A stretch of DNA of 64,000 nucleotides from Octopus sinensis (GCF_006345805.1 NC_043001.1:33108001-33172000); one strand, 5' to 3'. Counted from the first letter of the stretch, positions 13,874 to 25,928 are shown. Notes: generated from the letters alone by a model not told the origin. Program-made: numbers and translations.

Positions 13874-16792
13874 GGCTATTTGAAAACGTTATGAAAAAAT
13901 ACCGTTAAAAATGAAGGGAAATTACTCTGTTATAACTCTGCTTTGCCTGCGTACTTATACATCGCTCGCATTTTTCGTCATAAAAATTATATAAAAATAC
14001 ATAAAAATATATAAAAATATATAAAATCTTGGGACATAACACAGAAAGCATGTTCTATCCGTTTTCTTTAGGGGACCAAAAACGTAACAGAAATTTAGTC
14101 ACATGTGGGCATGATCCGAAAAGCTCTGTCCTTGTATTTAGACATGTGGTAGGGTCTAAGCTGCTTTTCCAGATAAGCCATCTCTCCATGTCGCATAAAC
14201 CGCACCTTCCGCTGCCGTTAGTATAGGGCTTACATCTGGCCAAAATCTTCCATTGTATGTTATAATCGACACCTTTATCTCTTAAAGACCAAATATGATT
14301 GGATAATTGTGTCGCTTTTCTTTTGTTCCAGTGCCTAAAGCTCAAAGTGTGGTTATTGAACCTGGCCTTGAAATTACCCTCTGTCAGGCCCACGTATTTC
14401 TTCGTCGAAACGGTGTCTTTAGTGGTTATAGAGTTTACGGTAGCTTCATATATGATGGTCTTGGACATGCAAGCTCCATTTAGCGGGCACAATTCTTTAT
14501 TCCTGCATGAACAGCTGTTTTCTTCTTGTGTTTTTTGTATGTTATGATTGATTATGTTTTTAAAATTGGTAGTTGAACTAAAACTAATTTTTAAATTGTG
14601 TCTATTGAAGAGTTTCCTATAAGCATGGTTAACTGGAAAATGTCTATCTATCAGTGCTAGGAAATATTTACCTATATTGAAGGCCACCTCGGGTGAGTAA
14701 GGGGGCGTAAACCAGATGACCTTCCTATTTCTATTATTCCTTTTCCTTATTGTTGGGCTGGTGATAGGTGTATTTTTATTTTTTCGCTAAAACCACTATC
14801 TTTTAAAGCTTTATTAAAAACTGGGGCAACGCTATTGAAGATGTCCTCATTAGATGAGAGGCTAGAAATCCTCTTACTAATATTTTAAACTAAATTTTTG
14901 AATACTATAGGGGGATGGCATGAACCTACATTAATATAACTTAGTCTATCATTGGGCTTCCTATAAGGCTTATAAATATTATTATTAAGATCTAAGGAAA
15001 CGTCTAAGAAATTGACAACCGTCAGGTTAGTGTCTATAGTTATACTAAGTCCGAAGTGTTTCATTAACTGGATAATATCCTTCCTAAAACGATCTTGTGC
15101 TGGTCCATTTGTATTAGCTGTTAAGGCGAGGGCATCATCTTTGTAGATGGCGAAATGTACGTTAGGGAATGTCTTACCGAAGGTATCTAGGAGAAAGAGT
15201 CCAATTAGATCACAGATGCCTGCCCCATCATATGAACCCATGCTCACATCGAAAGCGCCCTCCGTGTCGGTGTTTTTTACCCACTTTGCATTCTCACTGA
15301 AAAGTAATGTCTTTCTAGCATGGAAGATTATATCCTTATCATTGGTACTAATTTCTATGAAGTCACTAGCGAAGATTAGGGCTTTATCTAGCAGTTCTTT
15401 AGAGATAGAGGCATAAAAATCAACAATATCGAATTGTGTAAACCTCGCTTTTTTCTTATTCTTAATAGCTTTAAACCAGTCTACGACTTCTATACTATTG
15501 GACCATTGCACTAGCCTAGTATCGGTCTTAATTTTCGTATTTATTTTATCTAAAATTTCTTTGCTAATAATCCCTAGTTCTGACTTGGCTGGGTTGATAA
15601 GCCTACATTTAGGGTTGGAAAGGAAGTTTTCTTTGTGGTCTTTAATAGTAATAAAGGCCTCTTTTTGGGGGAGGGTTTCTATTTTTTATCTAATTTAAGT
15701 TTAGCGGCGATGACGCTAGCTTCTTTATTAATTTCGTTATATGTCTGTGCCCTAGCCTTAGTATAATTATTAATGATGCTGTTGTGTAAGAGTTGTGTGT
15801 ATTTGCTGTTATCTACCAGGTATAAGTTCTTGGTTTTATCCGAAAAAAGTGCTTTTTTCTTGGAGCTTTTTATATGATCAATATCTTTTTTCAATTTATG
15901 TTGGAAATTGTTAAAAGACTTACGAAACTTTATTTTGCTCATGATCTTCAGCAGGTCCGCTTCGAAATCTTCCAAGCCTTTAATCCTAGGAGGGAATTTT
16001 TTGGATTTTATCCGATAGCAAATGTTTTCCTTGGTGTTCGCTTCTGTGTCAAAAAAGAAAGCCTTCCATCTCAAAAATTAGTTTTAGTTCAACTACCAAT
16101 TTTAAAAACATAATCAATCATAACATACAAAAAACACAAGAAGAAAACACCTGTTCATGCAGGAATAAAGAATTGTGCCCGCTAAATGGAGCTTGCATGT
16201 CCAAGACCATCATATATGAAGCTACCGTAAACTCTATAACCCCCAAAGACACCGTTTCGACGAAGAAATACGTGGGCCTGACAGAGGGTAATTTCAAGGC
16301 CAGGTTCAATAACCACACTTTGAGCTTTAGGCACTGGAACAAAAGAAAAGCGACACAATTATCCAATCATATTTGGTCTTTAAGAGATAAAGGTGTCGAT
16401 TATAACATACAATGGAAGATTTTGGCCAGATGTAAGCCCTATACTAACGGCAGCGGAAGGTGCGGTTTATGCGACATGGAGAGATGGCTTATCTGGAAAA
16501 GCAGCTTAGACCCTACCACATGTCTAAATACAAGGACAGAGCTTTTCGGATCATGCCCACATGTGACTAAATTTCTGTTACGTTTTTGGTCCCCTAAAGA
16601 AAACGGATAGAACATGCTTTCTGTGTTATGTCCCAAGATTTTATATATTTTTTATATATTTTTATGTATTTTTATATAATTTTTATGACGAAAAGTGCGA
16701 GCGATGTATAAGTACGCAGGCAAAGCAGAGTTATAACAGAGTAATTTCCCTTCATTTTTAACGGTATTTTTTCATAACGTTTTCAAATAGCC

Positions 16793-16855
16793 AGATAACC
16801 GAAGAGATGGTGTTGTGGATTTCCACTTCGGCATCTGAAACTCAGAGTTTTATCT
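16793..16855 (+). ncRNA. Hammerhead-ribozyme-like motif (type I, core variant) in the Penelope pLTR, right arm
   Basis: Stem I AGATAA/TTATCT, core CCGAAGA, stem II GATG...CATC, extra T, GAAA, stem III ACT-CAG-AGT, then T as position 17. U4 is C and there is one extra base before GAAA. Confidence 0.6.
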
Positions 16856-16950
16856 TGACTACCGAGTAATGTAACATATTGTATAGATAAATTTCCTCTA
16901 TTTACATAATATTGAGGTCTCTTTCTTTCTTTTGTTATCTTACCGTTTAT

Positions 16951-17001
<51 letters not shown>

Positions 17002-19101
17002 CAATTTAGCTAGGTGTAAAATAGATACATGTGTGTATGAATTGTATATGTATGCATATTTTAAGAAAAAATATATATGTATGTATATGTATGTGTATAT
17101 ATATATATATATATAGATAGATAGATAGATAGATAGATGAATAAGTAAACTTGTGTATGTGAATATGCATGTGTGTATACGTACGTGTGTGTTTATGTAC
17201 ACATAAATTATAGGTGTATGTGTGTATATATAAGTATATATGAATGTGTGTATTGTGCAATAAAATCGGTTGTAGAACTGAATATTCATAGACTTGAATT
17301 TAGGTAATTTCAGTTAGATTATTTACAAATTTATGAGTAAGCTCGGTCTTAAAAAACATTTTCGAAAAGCTTTAGGAGTTACAAATATTTTCACTTGATA
17401 TTTTTCTTGAAATATTGAAGCAGATATGACGTTCTGATGAAGCATCATTACATATTTAAACGGATTTGATTATTCTTGAAAAAATTCATTTTTTTAATGA
17501 AGCAGAAACAGCTATAATATATCTGGTGCTGATATTTATGTTGTACAGAAATTCAGAAGTCGAATTTCATCTAAATACTCGAAATGAATGTCAACCTTAT
17601 CCACCCCACAAATCAGGCAGAGCTTGCAATATCTGAAACTCCACTTCTTCTGATGAACTTGTTCAAGCATTACTTTGGGTGTAATTCTTTCTCATAAGCT
17701 GCAGTGAGATTTTTCTTTGTAAGACTGCCTCTACGGTAGAAATTTAAATTTGCTAAAATATGCTAGTTGTCGTTTAGCAACTCTCTTCTAAATGTGTGTA
17801 ACCATGGGCACAAAGCCTCAAATTTGAGTTGAAGCGAGCTTGTCCTGTATTTTATTTAACTATACAGGACGGATGAAAACAATGTCGACGTGCGCAATAC
17901 GAGTTCTGGACGAAAAGTATCATAATTAATCCTACAAGGCATTGTACCCAACGCTCTGACAATTTTACCAATTACCTACTCTTTAATTAAACTTAGAAGT
18001 TCGGCCATTTTGTAAATCGTACTGATCCTAGATATCGCCAGTCTAAATAAATCGCTAATCTAAATTTTAACTGGAGCGTCACTCAGGTTCTAAAGGGACG
18101 TTCTCTGTTTTATATAATCTACTATTATATAATTATTTTATCCACAGTAATGTATTTATCATTTTGCATACCGATTGCTTCTTATATGTAGACAAAAGTC
18201 TAGGCAAGCAATTTGAATACTACTTATTCATAGTATTTCCTGAAACATTATTATTCACCAGTTTTTAACAATTCTCTGCTAACAATATTAGGTTATACTA
18301 ACCAATTTAACATATCAAAATTTCCATTCTTCTTGCTTCAAATATATATTGGCAAGAAATAACATTTCATTTTCCATTCAAAAGCGTGTTTCGTATTTGG
18401 GGAATATTAAATCTCTCTTGATAATTTCTACATAGTTTAGATAATTGAAACATTTATTAAATTGTACACTAATGTCAAATAATTAACGTTTCGCTAATTA
18501 TTTGCGTGATATAACCTTTCTTACTCACGAGACTTTGATAAAATTCTAAATGAATTTGCTGCCTGTTATGTTTCAAGAAGTTAGGGCTGATATTTGAAGT
18601 GCTTGTATTCTTGCTGTGTGTTAGGTCGCCTGTAGAAACTGAGTATGCGTTGCTCTTCTCGCGTCCTAGTCGGTGTCAGTATACTCTGCACTGTGGCTTC
18701 GTTGCGGAGTTTTATCTGCGAGAAAGGCAACTTAGGGTTTTCCTTCTATTAATGCTACTTCACACTGAAATGCATGTGCTTCGGGTATTTTCCAGCAACA
18801 AATCTTTAGAAGCCGTTTATGATCGAACAAGTTTTATATTTTTCGACCTTTATGCAGCTATGACAAGAATTTCCAAATCATGGAAAATATTGTGTAGTTT
18901 CATATTTCCACATCATTATTTGCATCAGTTTCCGTTAACTTTTGTTAGCATCTGTGTCAGTAATTAATATAAAAAAAAGCAACACACAAAAATTTAAAGA
19001 GCCGATAATACAGTGATACACATTCCTTTTCTTGTGGCACAAAGGCCATAAGGAAAACGAAACGAAATCCACTGACAAACGGAGCTCGACATTTTTTTTT
19101 C

Positions 19102-19366
19102 TAATGTGGCAGTCACAGGAAAGGGAAGAATGTTACTGCTATTTAGCCCCAGAAAACACCGTTTCTAGTTGGCTATGTGACACAAGCGTACTGTGTCCTT
19201 ATGTTTTCAAAGGTGAATAAGCATCGACAGCTACCAAGCCAAGCTACTCAAGACTGGTGAAGAGCAAAGACTCTGAAACTAGTCTCTGGAAGCTGGCTTT
19301 GCTGGGTGGAGGTGTTTATCTCCCCTGTTTGAAAACATAAGAACACGGCATGCTTGTGTCACATAG
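19102..19366 (+). mobile_element. Partial copy of the hammerhead fold-back element
   Basis: Same arm/loop junctions as 21164-21531 in the opposite orientation; right arm truncated. Hammerhead motif at 19248-19290. Confidence 0.8.
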
Positions 19367-20705
19367 TTATATTTTCCTCGACTCATTCGATGCCGTTTAA
19401 AGAAAGAAAATGCAGATAATTTAGTCCGGTGTTCACAGGAATGGAGGTAAAATAACGAAATGGTCACGGCTGGAACCTTTTTATATCATAAGTCTACTCA
19501 GTCAGAAATTCCCTGGAGTAGTACAACCACAAGATGGAATCGCAGTTTGTTCATCCTTTATATTTTCAACCTATATTTTTGCATTACTAAAATGATAGTT
19601 TCTATATAATAGAAACAAAGGAACCAATTTATAGAGAATATTCTATGCGTAGGGGAAAACTAATTCCCTCTAGAAACATAACTAGCTATATTGAGGCCAT
19701 GTCATGTACATTGATGTAAAACGGAATTTTGCCTCTCTGTTTTAAGTAGTTGGTAACTACACTAATTAGATCACGCTGAGTTACTGAAGGCAACAAATAG
19801 TTGGCTTCGTTGGAAAAGAACCAACTAACAGCATTATAATGTGTGCGTCGGTGTTTGCACGTGTGTTTGAATGCATTTGTAAATATCATGTATGGCTTTG
19901 CTTTTGTGTACACATGTTCGTGTATATGTTAACATATGTCTGCCTATGAACGTCCGTGTTTGTATGTCTTATTCTTTCGTCAGTGAATACATTACATGAA
20001 AGTAAGTGTATTTTGTGAGTATGTGAAAGCGCTATCACTATATTTCAGTTGAAAATAAAAGCAATTATTCTAATATTAGACATATCTGTACTCTATCATA
20101 AAATAACGAAACAGATACACTACATTTGTAGACATACGCACAAACGAAGACATAGAATCACACACACAAATCTTGAGTATGAATGCACTGTAACAAACAT
20201 GTATAACCACATGCAAATAATTCAATATACATAGACTTGTTATTTGAAGATAGGAGAATGCCAGTGGAACATAAGTGGCTAAATAACTCAATTAAAATGT
20301 TCATGTGTTCACTTTGAAAGCGTAATAATCTTCTTTGGATATTAATTTAGATGTTACGCCTTTAACAGCTTATTTTTCTCTCTGATAAACCGAAAGAAGA
20401 TTTGGTGAAATGTTTAAATTTTTATTTTGAATGACATCACAGCCCGAAGGGTTCCTAGAGGAAATTTATTGCAGAGAACATTCTCGGTTGTTATATTAAA
20501 GTGTTTATAACTAAGTTCACTAATCAATAAACAATGGAAAACCTGTAGTGATTTTGAGTTCGAAACCTTGGAGCTTAGTACTCGACTGCTGTATCTACCC
20601 GAACACCTCACTTATAGCACTTCGTGTCAACGAAAACACACCTGCCTACCATCCAGAAATAGCACCAAAATCTTCATCAACTCACACTATACCATTTAAA
20701 AAAAT

Positions 20706-20887
20706 ACTAATTGGCTATGTGACACAAGCGTGCTGTGTCATTATGTTTTCCAACAAGGGAGATAAACACTTCCACCCATCAAAGCCAACATTTATAGATT
20801 AGTTTCAGAGTCATTGATCTTCATCAGTCTGGAGTAGCTTGGTTTGCTTGTTGTCAACGCTTATTCACCTTTGAAAACATAAGGACA
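20706..20887 (-). mobile_element. Partial copy of the hammerhead fold-back element, flanked by a 28-bp direct repeat
   Basis: Loop has the canonical CTGATGA core (tcatcag at 20821-20827). Flanked by caactcacactataccattt(a/t)aaaaaat at 20678-20705 and 20888-20915. Confidence 0.75.
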
Positions 20888-21163
20888 CAACTCACACTAT
20901 ACCATTTTAAAAAATTGAAGGGCGCAGTGGGTGATGTAGTTACAAGGCAGACACTACATCTGAATGAATAGAAGAAATTTTAGTATAAGCAGAACGTCTT
21001 TTTTTGGTATGCCTTTACTCACAGGGTATTGGGATAGGAGTATTGTGATAGTGCGTATATAGCTATTTAAGTTCGCGAAATAACAGTACGCCCTAGATTT
21101 TGATATCACTATTTTCAATTTCTATTGGTTTACACCACTTGATTTTTATAAAACTAAAACTGA

Positions 21164-21531
21164 TGGTTTGTTGCCAACTTAATGCGGCTGTCCCAGAAAA
21201 GGGAAGAATGCTACTGCTATTTAACCCCAGGAAACACCGCTTCTAGTTGGCTATGTGACACAAGCGTGCTGTGTTATTGTGTTTTCAAACAGGGGAGATA
21301 AGCACCTCCACCCAGCAAAGCCAGCAATCAGAGACTAGTTTCAGAGTCTTTGCTCTTCACCAGTCTTGAGTAGCTTGGCTTACTAGCTGTCGATGCTTAT
21401 TCAGCTTTGAAAACACAAGGACACATTACGCTTGTGTCACATAGCCAACGGGAAACGGTGTTTCCTGGGGCTAAATAGCAGTAGCATTCTTCCCTTTCCT
21501 AGGACTGCCACATTAAGTTGGCAACAAACCA
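21164..21531 (-). mobile_element. Fold-back element with 126-bp inverted arms and a hammerhead motif in the loop (full copy)
   Basis: Arms 21164-21289 and 21406-21531 are inverted repeats. The loop (minus strand) reads TCAAGA CTGGTGA AGAG CAAAGA CTCT GAAA CTAGTC TCTG. No TSD seen. Confidence 0.8.
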
Positions 21532-22256
21532 GCTCTTTATCGTGCTGCTACTGTATAAGTCTCTCTGAGAGATTTAGAAATGCAATATTTCTAAAACTAA
21601 AATCGTTTACATATATTTATGGATTATCTATTTATTCCTTATTTTGGTGTTAACTAAAAAAAAAAAAAAAAAAAAAAACACGAAGTAAAAACTCATTCAA
21701 TTCAAAAAATGTCTATAGAAAAATAATCAGCAGTATATACACAAACACATACGAACACGAGTTGAAACAAGATTTCTATAAAACTTGCACACAAGCTCAA
21801 ACAAAAGCATAAAACATGCACACACGCTAACACTCACAAGCGTAGTCAACACATATACTTTCAAATGTTAGTTTTTTTAAATGTTTTTACACAAATAGAT
21901 ATGTTTACATACTGTATTTCAAGGTTACCTCAATGGCAATATAAGTTGCTTATTGTTACTCTTGTTAACACCATCAACATCTAACAATTACAATGCTGCT
22001 ACTACAAGGAAGAGCAATTTCTTTGTATTTAAGTAGCTTATATTTAGTTATATTAATTTGCTTTTATTTTCTGTTCAAATCCCACTGAGATCTATTTGCC
22101 TTGTATTTCTCCAAGGATATGTAACCTGAGTGTGTTATTCTTTTGGGAACAGTTTCAGTTATGCTGTTAATAGTCTTGTGAAAATTGTATGGATGTAGTA
22201 TTCTCGCTTGCAATTAGCGTTTTGTTATAAGGAGTTGTTATTAATAATATTATGGA

Positions 22257-22470
22257 GGAGCAGACGGTGAGCTGGCAGAATCGTTAAAACGTCGGACAAA
22301 ATGCTTAACGGCATTTCGTCCGTCTATACGTTCTGAATTCAAATCCGGCTTAGGTCGATTTTCATTTTCATCCTTTAGGGTCCGGTAAAAGAAGTACCAG
22401 TGGAACACTGGGGTCGATATAATCGACAATTCCACTCCCCCAAGGTTTTAGGCTTTTTGCCTATAGCAGA
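22257..22470 (+). mobile_element. Family-A SINE
   Basis: Head ggtgagctggcagaatcgtt and B box gaattcaaatcc. Confidence 0.8.
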
Positions 22471-23740
22471 AAGGGATATTACTATGGACGCCTGTGGTTT
22501 TGTTGTTATGGTTTCGATTCCTGGATCGGGCGATGCGTTGTGTTCTTGAGTAAAGAACTTCATTTCACGTTGCTCCATTTGACACAACTAGTGAAAATGT
22601 GCAACGCTGGAATGGACCGGCGTCTCATCCAGGGGTTATGCTATGTTTATGCTACAGAATCCGGGAAACCGGCCTTATGAACTTTTGACTAGGGAAGAAA
22701 CCTTTTGGTCCTTTTACCTTCTTGTACGAGGTTCGTTGAGTCTGTCATTGTATTTAATCTACTATCCGCAATCAAAAATTCCTCTATAAAAAAATTATTC
22801 TGTTGAACGAAGAGAATATTATTCTAATAAACGAAATCGTTATTAAGAATTCTTATAAGTTATTAATTTTATCATCATCCACTAAAGCCAACATTGCTTT
22901 CAACCTTTTGGAGTCAATGAAATAAAGTATTAGTCAAGAACTGAGTTGATATTTACCATATCCCTCCTCCAAATATCGCGCCTTAATTATTATGATCTCT
23001 ATATTAATAGGCATCGCCTGACAGAATCGCTAAATAGTTGCATTCAGAAATGCTATCTTCTGTGTTCAAATCTCACTAAAGTTAACTTTGCCTTTTTTCC
23101 CTTTCGAGGATGAAATAAAGTATCAGTCAAGTACAGAGCTTACGGTATCGACTAACGTTCACCACCTCAAAATTGCTGACTTTAAGCTAAAACTAGAAGT
23201 GATTAAATACTGGAGGCTAGCAACATCCTTAGAGGGTTGGAAATAATGCTCTTTACTTACTGAGTCCGAATCATGACGAGATCAGTTGTACGCTTCGTCT
23301 CTTCGGATTGCCGTGTTCAACATGAGGATTATCCCCCACTACTAGAGTAGAATCTATCACTTGTTAGGTAGCTATGACAAAAATTGATTGCAAGATGAAC
23401 AAAGATGATAAAACTGGTGGCAAGGAATTTCCCCTTCGGTAAAATTCTCATCAATTTCCTGGAGTTCATTTTGGAGAAGAAAGTAAGCGAATGTGAATAC
23501 AAGAAATATATAGAGATGCATCCGGTCGAAATGTTTAGGTATGTGATTATCAATCACAGTTGTTACGTAAGACATTAAAATCCTGGCAGTCCAGTCGAGG
23601 TAACTGCTAAAAGTTGATGTTATTATACACAATATAGCAATGCAAACAATTAGAATTAAAACTACACCCGTTTTTTTGGTAGTATAAAAGAAAATGAGCT
23701 TATACTTGTGCATCTCAAATATTCTTATTTTTCAATATAC

Positions 23741-23910
23741 GTAGGCGCAGGAGTGGCTTTGTGGTAAGTAGCTTGCTTACCAACCACATGGTTCCGGGTT
23801 CAGTCCCACTGCGTGACACCTTGGGCAAGTGTCTTCTACTATGGCCTCGAGCCGACCAAAGCCTTGTGAGTAGATTTGGTAGACGGAAACTGAAACAAGC
23901 CCGTCGTATA
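23741..23910 (+). mobile_element. CORE-type SINE (gtaggcgcaggagtggc...ccttgggcaagt)
   Basis: tRNA-like head, CORE motif and (TA)n tail. Decayed copies near 39930-40040, 49022-49130 and 51000-51140. Confidence 0.8.
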
Positions 23911-24100
23911 TATGTATATATATGTATATATATGTTTGTTTAACCTCGTTTGAAGTATATAATAAATGCAGTGTCATACAATCACTGATTGTGTAACTAG
24001 AAATGTAACTAGGAAACTAGTCCGTTAGAAAATCTCAGTTTGAGATAGAAGCAGTATACGAACTGAAAAGTAATCTTCATGGCCACTTTATCGATATATT

Positions 24101-24720
24101 AAGGCGGCAAGCTAGCAGAATCGTTAGCACGCCGGGCGAAATGCTTAGTGGTATTTCGTCTGCCACTACGTTCTGAGTTCAAATTCTGCCGAGGTTGACT
24201 TTGCCTTTCATCCTTTCGGGGTCGATAAATTAAGTACCAGTTACGCACCGAGGTCGATATAATCGACTTAATCCGTCTGTCTGTCCTTGTTTATCTCCTC
24301 TGTGTTTAGCTCCTTGTGGGTAGTAAAAAAATAGGTATTTTGTCTGTCTTTACGTTCTGAGTTCAAATTCCGCCGAGGTCGACTTTGCCTTTCATCCTTT
24401 CAGGGTCGATAAATTAAATGCGAGTTACGGACTGGGGTCGATGTAATCGACTTAATCCCTTCATCTGTCCTTGTTTGTCCTCTCTATGTTTAGCCCCTTG
24501 TGGACAATAAAGAGATAAGAAATGTTAGCATACCAGGCGAAATGCTTGCGGTATTTCGTCTATCTTTACGTTCTGAGTTCAAATTCCGCCGAGGTCGACT
24601 TTGCCTTTCATTCTTTCGGGGTCGATAAAGTAAGTATCAGTTATGTACTGGGGTCAATCTAATCGACTGGCCCCGTCCCCCAAGACTTCAGACCTTGTGC
24701 CTAGATAAGAAAAGAATATT
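24101..24720 (+). mobile_element. Trimeric family-A SINE array
   Basis: One full unit followed by two 5'-truncated units. Confidence 0.85.
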
Positions 24721-25086
24721 ATCTTTTCCTTATGTATATATAGTCGTGTATCGCGTACATTGACGCTTAACCCCATGTCAACCCCAATCAAACAAACCAC
24801 TAAACAAACATATTGCATCCATGTATTGAGTCCTTGTATTATCATCAATAATGAACCACGTGTCAAGATCCATGCATCATCTATCATATATGGATTATTT
24901 TATGTTTAACTATTTAGTTCTTCATCGTTCATGATCCCAAGCTTTTGGCAATAATGTTTTCCTCCACTCCCTCCCGATATACCGTATGATATTTTGACTT
25001 GTAGATATCGTTATACTATTATACTATACAAACTTAAATGTAGTTTTGTTTTTTAATCCTTTCTCACTTCTTTCTATTTTTTGCAG

Positions 25087-25245
25087 TTGTTGTGGACCGA
25101 TACAAAGTCTACAATGTTCAGTTAAACGATGTCTGGGTGATCAGCAACGGCACAGCCATCTTAAAGTGTCTCATTAACCCACGCTTTGTGAATGAATACA
25201 TTAAGGTTACAAAATGGACTCAGGATTCAAAGTCTATCACCGACC
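25087..25245 (+). CDS. Dscam: Dscam-like exon, Ig2 N-terminal half
   Basis: Acceptor ttttttgcag, donor gtaagt, 159 nt, phase 1-1. Encodes (x)VVDRYKVYNVQLNDVWVISNGTAILKCLINPRFVNEYIKVTKWTQDSKSITD, matching the Dscam Ig2 N-half pattern (VV..Y......V..GN.A..KC.IP.FV..Y..V..W). The mid-Ig2 intron position matches arthropod Dscam. Confidence 0.9.
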
Positions 25246-25863
25246 GTAAGTATCTACATTCTATTAAGGCCACCATACACCAGTATAAAAGCGAAGTAAA
25301 TATTTTATTAAACTTCTAAATCAACAGTCAGTAGAGGGATGCCCTTAAATGTGTGCTGGACTTGTTAGAAATACAAGATAAATATATATATTAAACCACA
25401 CAATACTACCTCAAAAAGAAAAGGAGAGACTCTATAATGAAGTTACAGACACTTTGTCTGAAACTATTTCATTTATTGCTACGAAATATTGGTTAATTTA
25501 AAAACTAGAAACCTACGCAGAGGTTAATCTTCTAATCTAAACAAGTTGTTTATATTTGAACATTAGTTAACACAAGTAACATACTAGTAGTTTATTCAAT
25601 GAATTGGCTGCTAAGAGCGTTGGTACATATACAAATCGTTCTGTCTAATTTTGTTAAGCACCTAACATAATGAGTTTATAAGCGATGATTCGCTGGCAAT
25701 TAAACAAGGTAACGTCATTCGTGAAACTCCCAACAATTCAGTGATAGCAAATTAAATACAAAGACTGTTTTTAAACGAAGATAGTGTGTATTAAGACACG
25801 TTTCCATCTGTCTATGTTTATATTGCTCGTTGAGAATCCCTAGATGAAGAATACACAAGAACG

Positions 25864-25928
<65 letters not shown>

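Larger units (their letters stand above)
13777..16952 (-). mobile_element. Penelope-like retroelement (RT + GIY-YIG), 5'-truncated, with inverted pseudo-LTR
   Basis: Minus-strand ORF pieces at 15679-16074, 14885-15511 (RT: FDIVDFY, SMGSYDG, IYKDD) and 14055-14687 (GIY-YIG: IIYEA...KYVGLTE, C-terminal RCGLC...LNTRTELFGSCPH). They are separated by frameshifts or stops. Bases 16073-16889 are an inverted near-identical copy of 13777-14592. Flanked by (TA)n; no TSD seen. Confidence 0.92.

Noticed and set aside
18860-18959. Alternative phase-1 first exon candidate (MTRISKSWKILCSFIFPHHYLHQFPLTFVSICV, donor gtaatt)
   Set aside because: The phase is compatible, but it has no convincing hydrophobic signal core and is weaker than 13398-13500.
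23270-23320. CCGAAGA plus a hairpin on the minus strand
   Set aside because: No GAAA after the stem, so it is not a hammerhead.
24101-24720. Repeat-spacer-like periodicity resembling a CRISPR array
   Set aside because: The units are ~190-230-bp SINE monomers in a eukaryotic genome with no unique spacers or cas genes.
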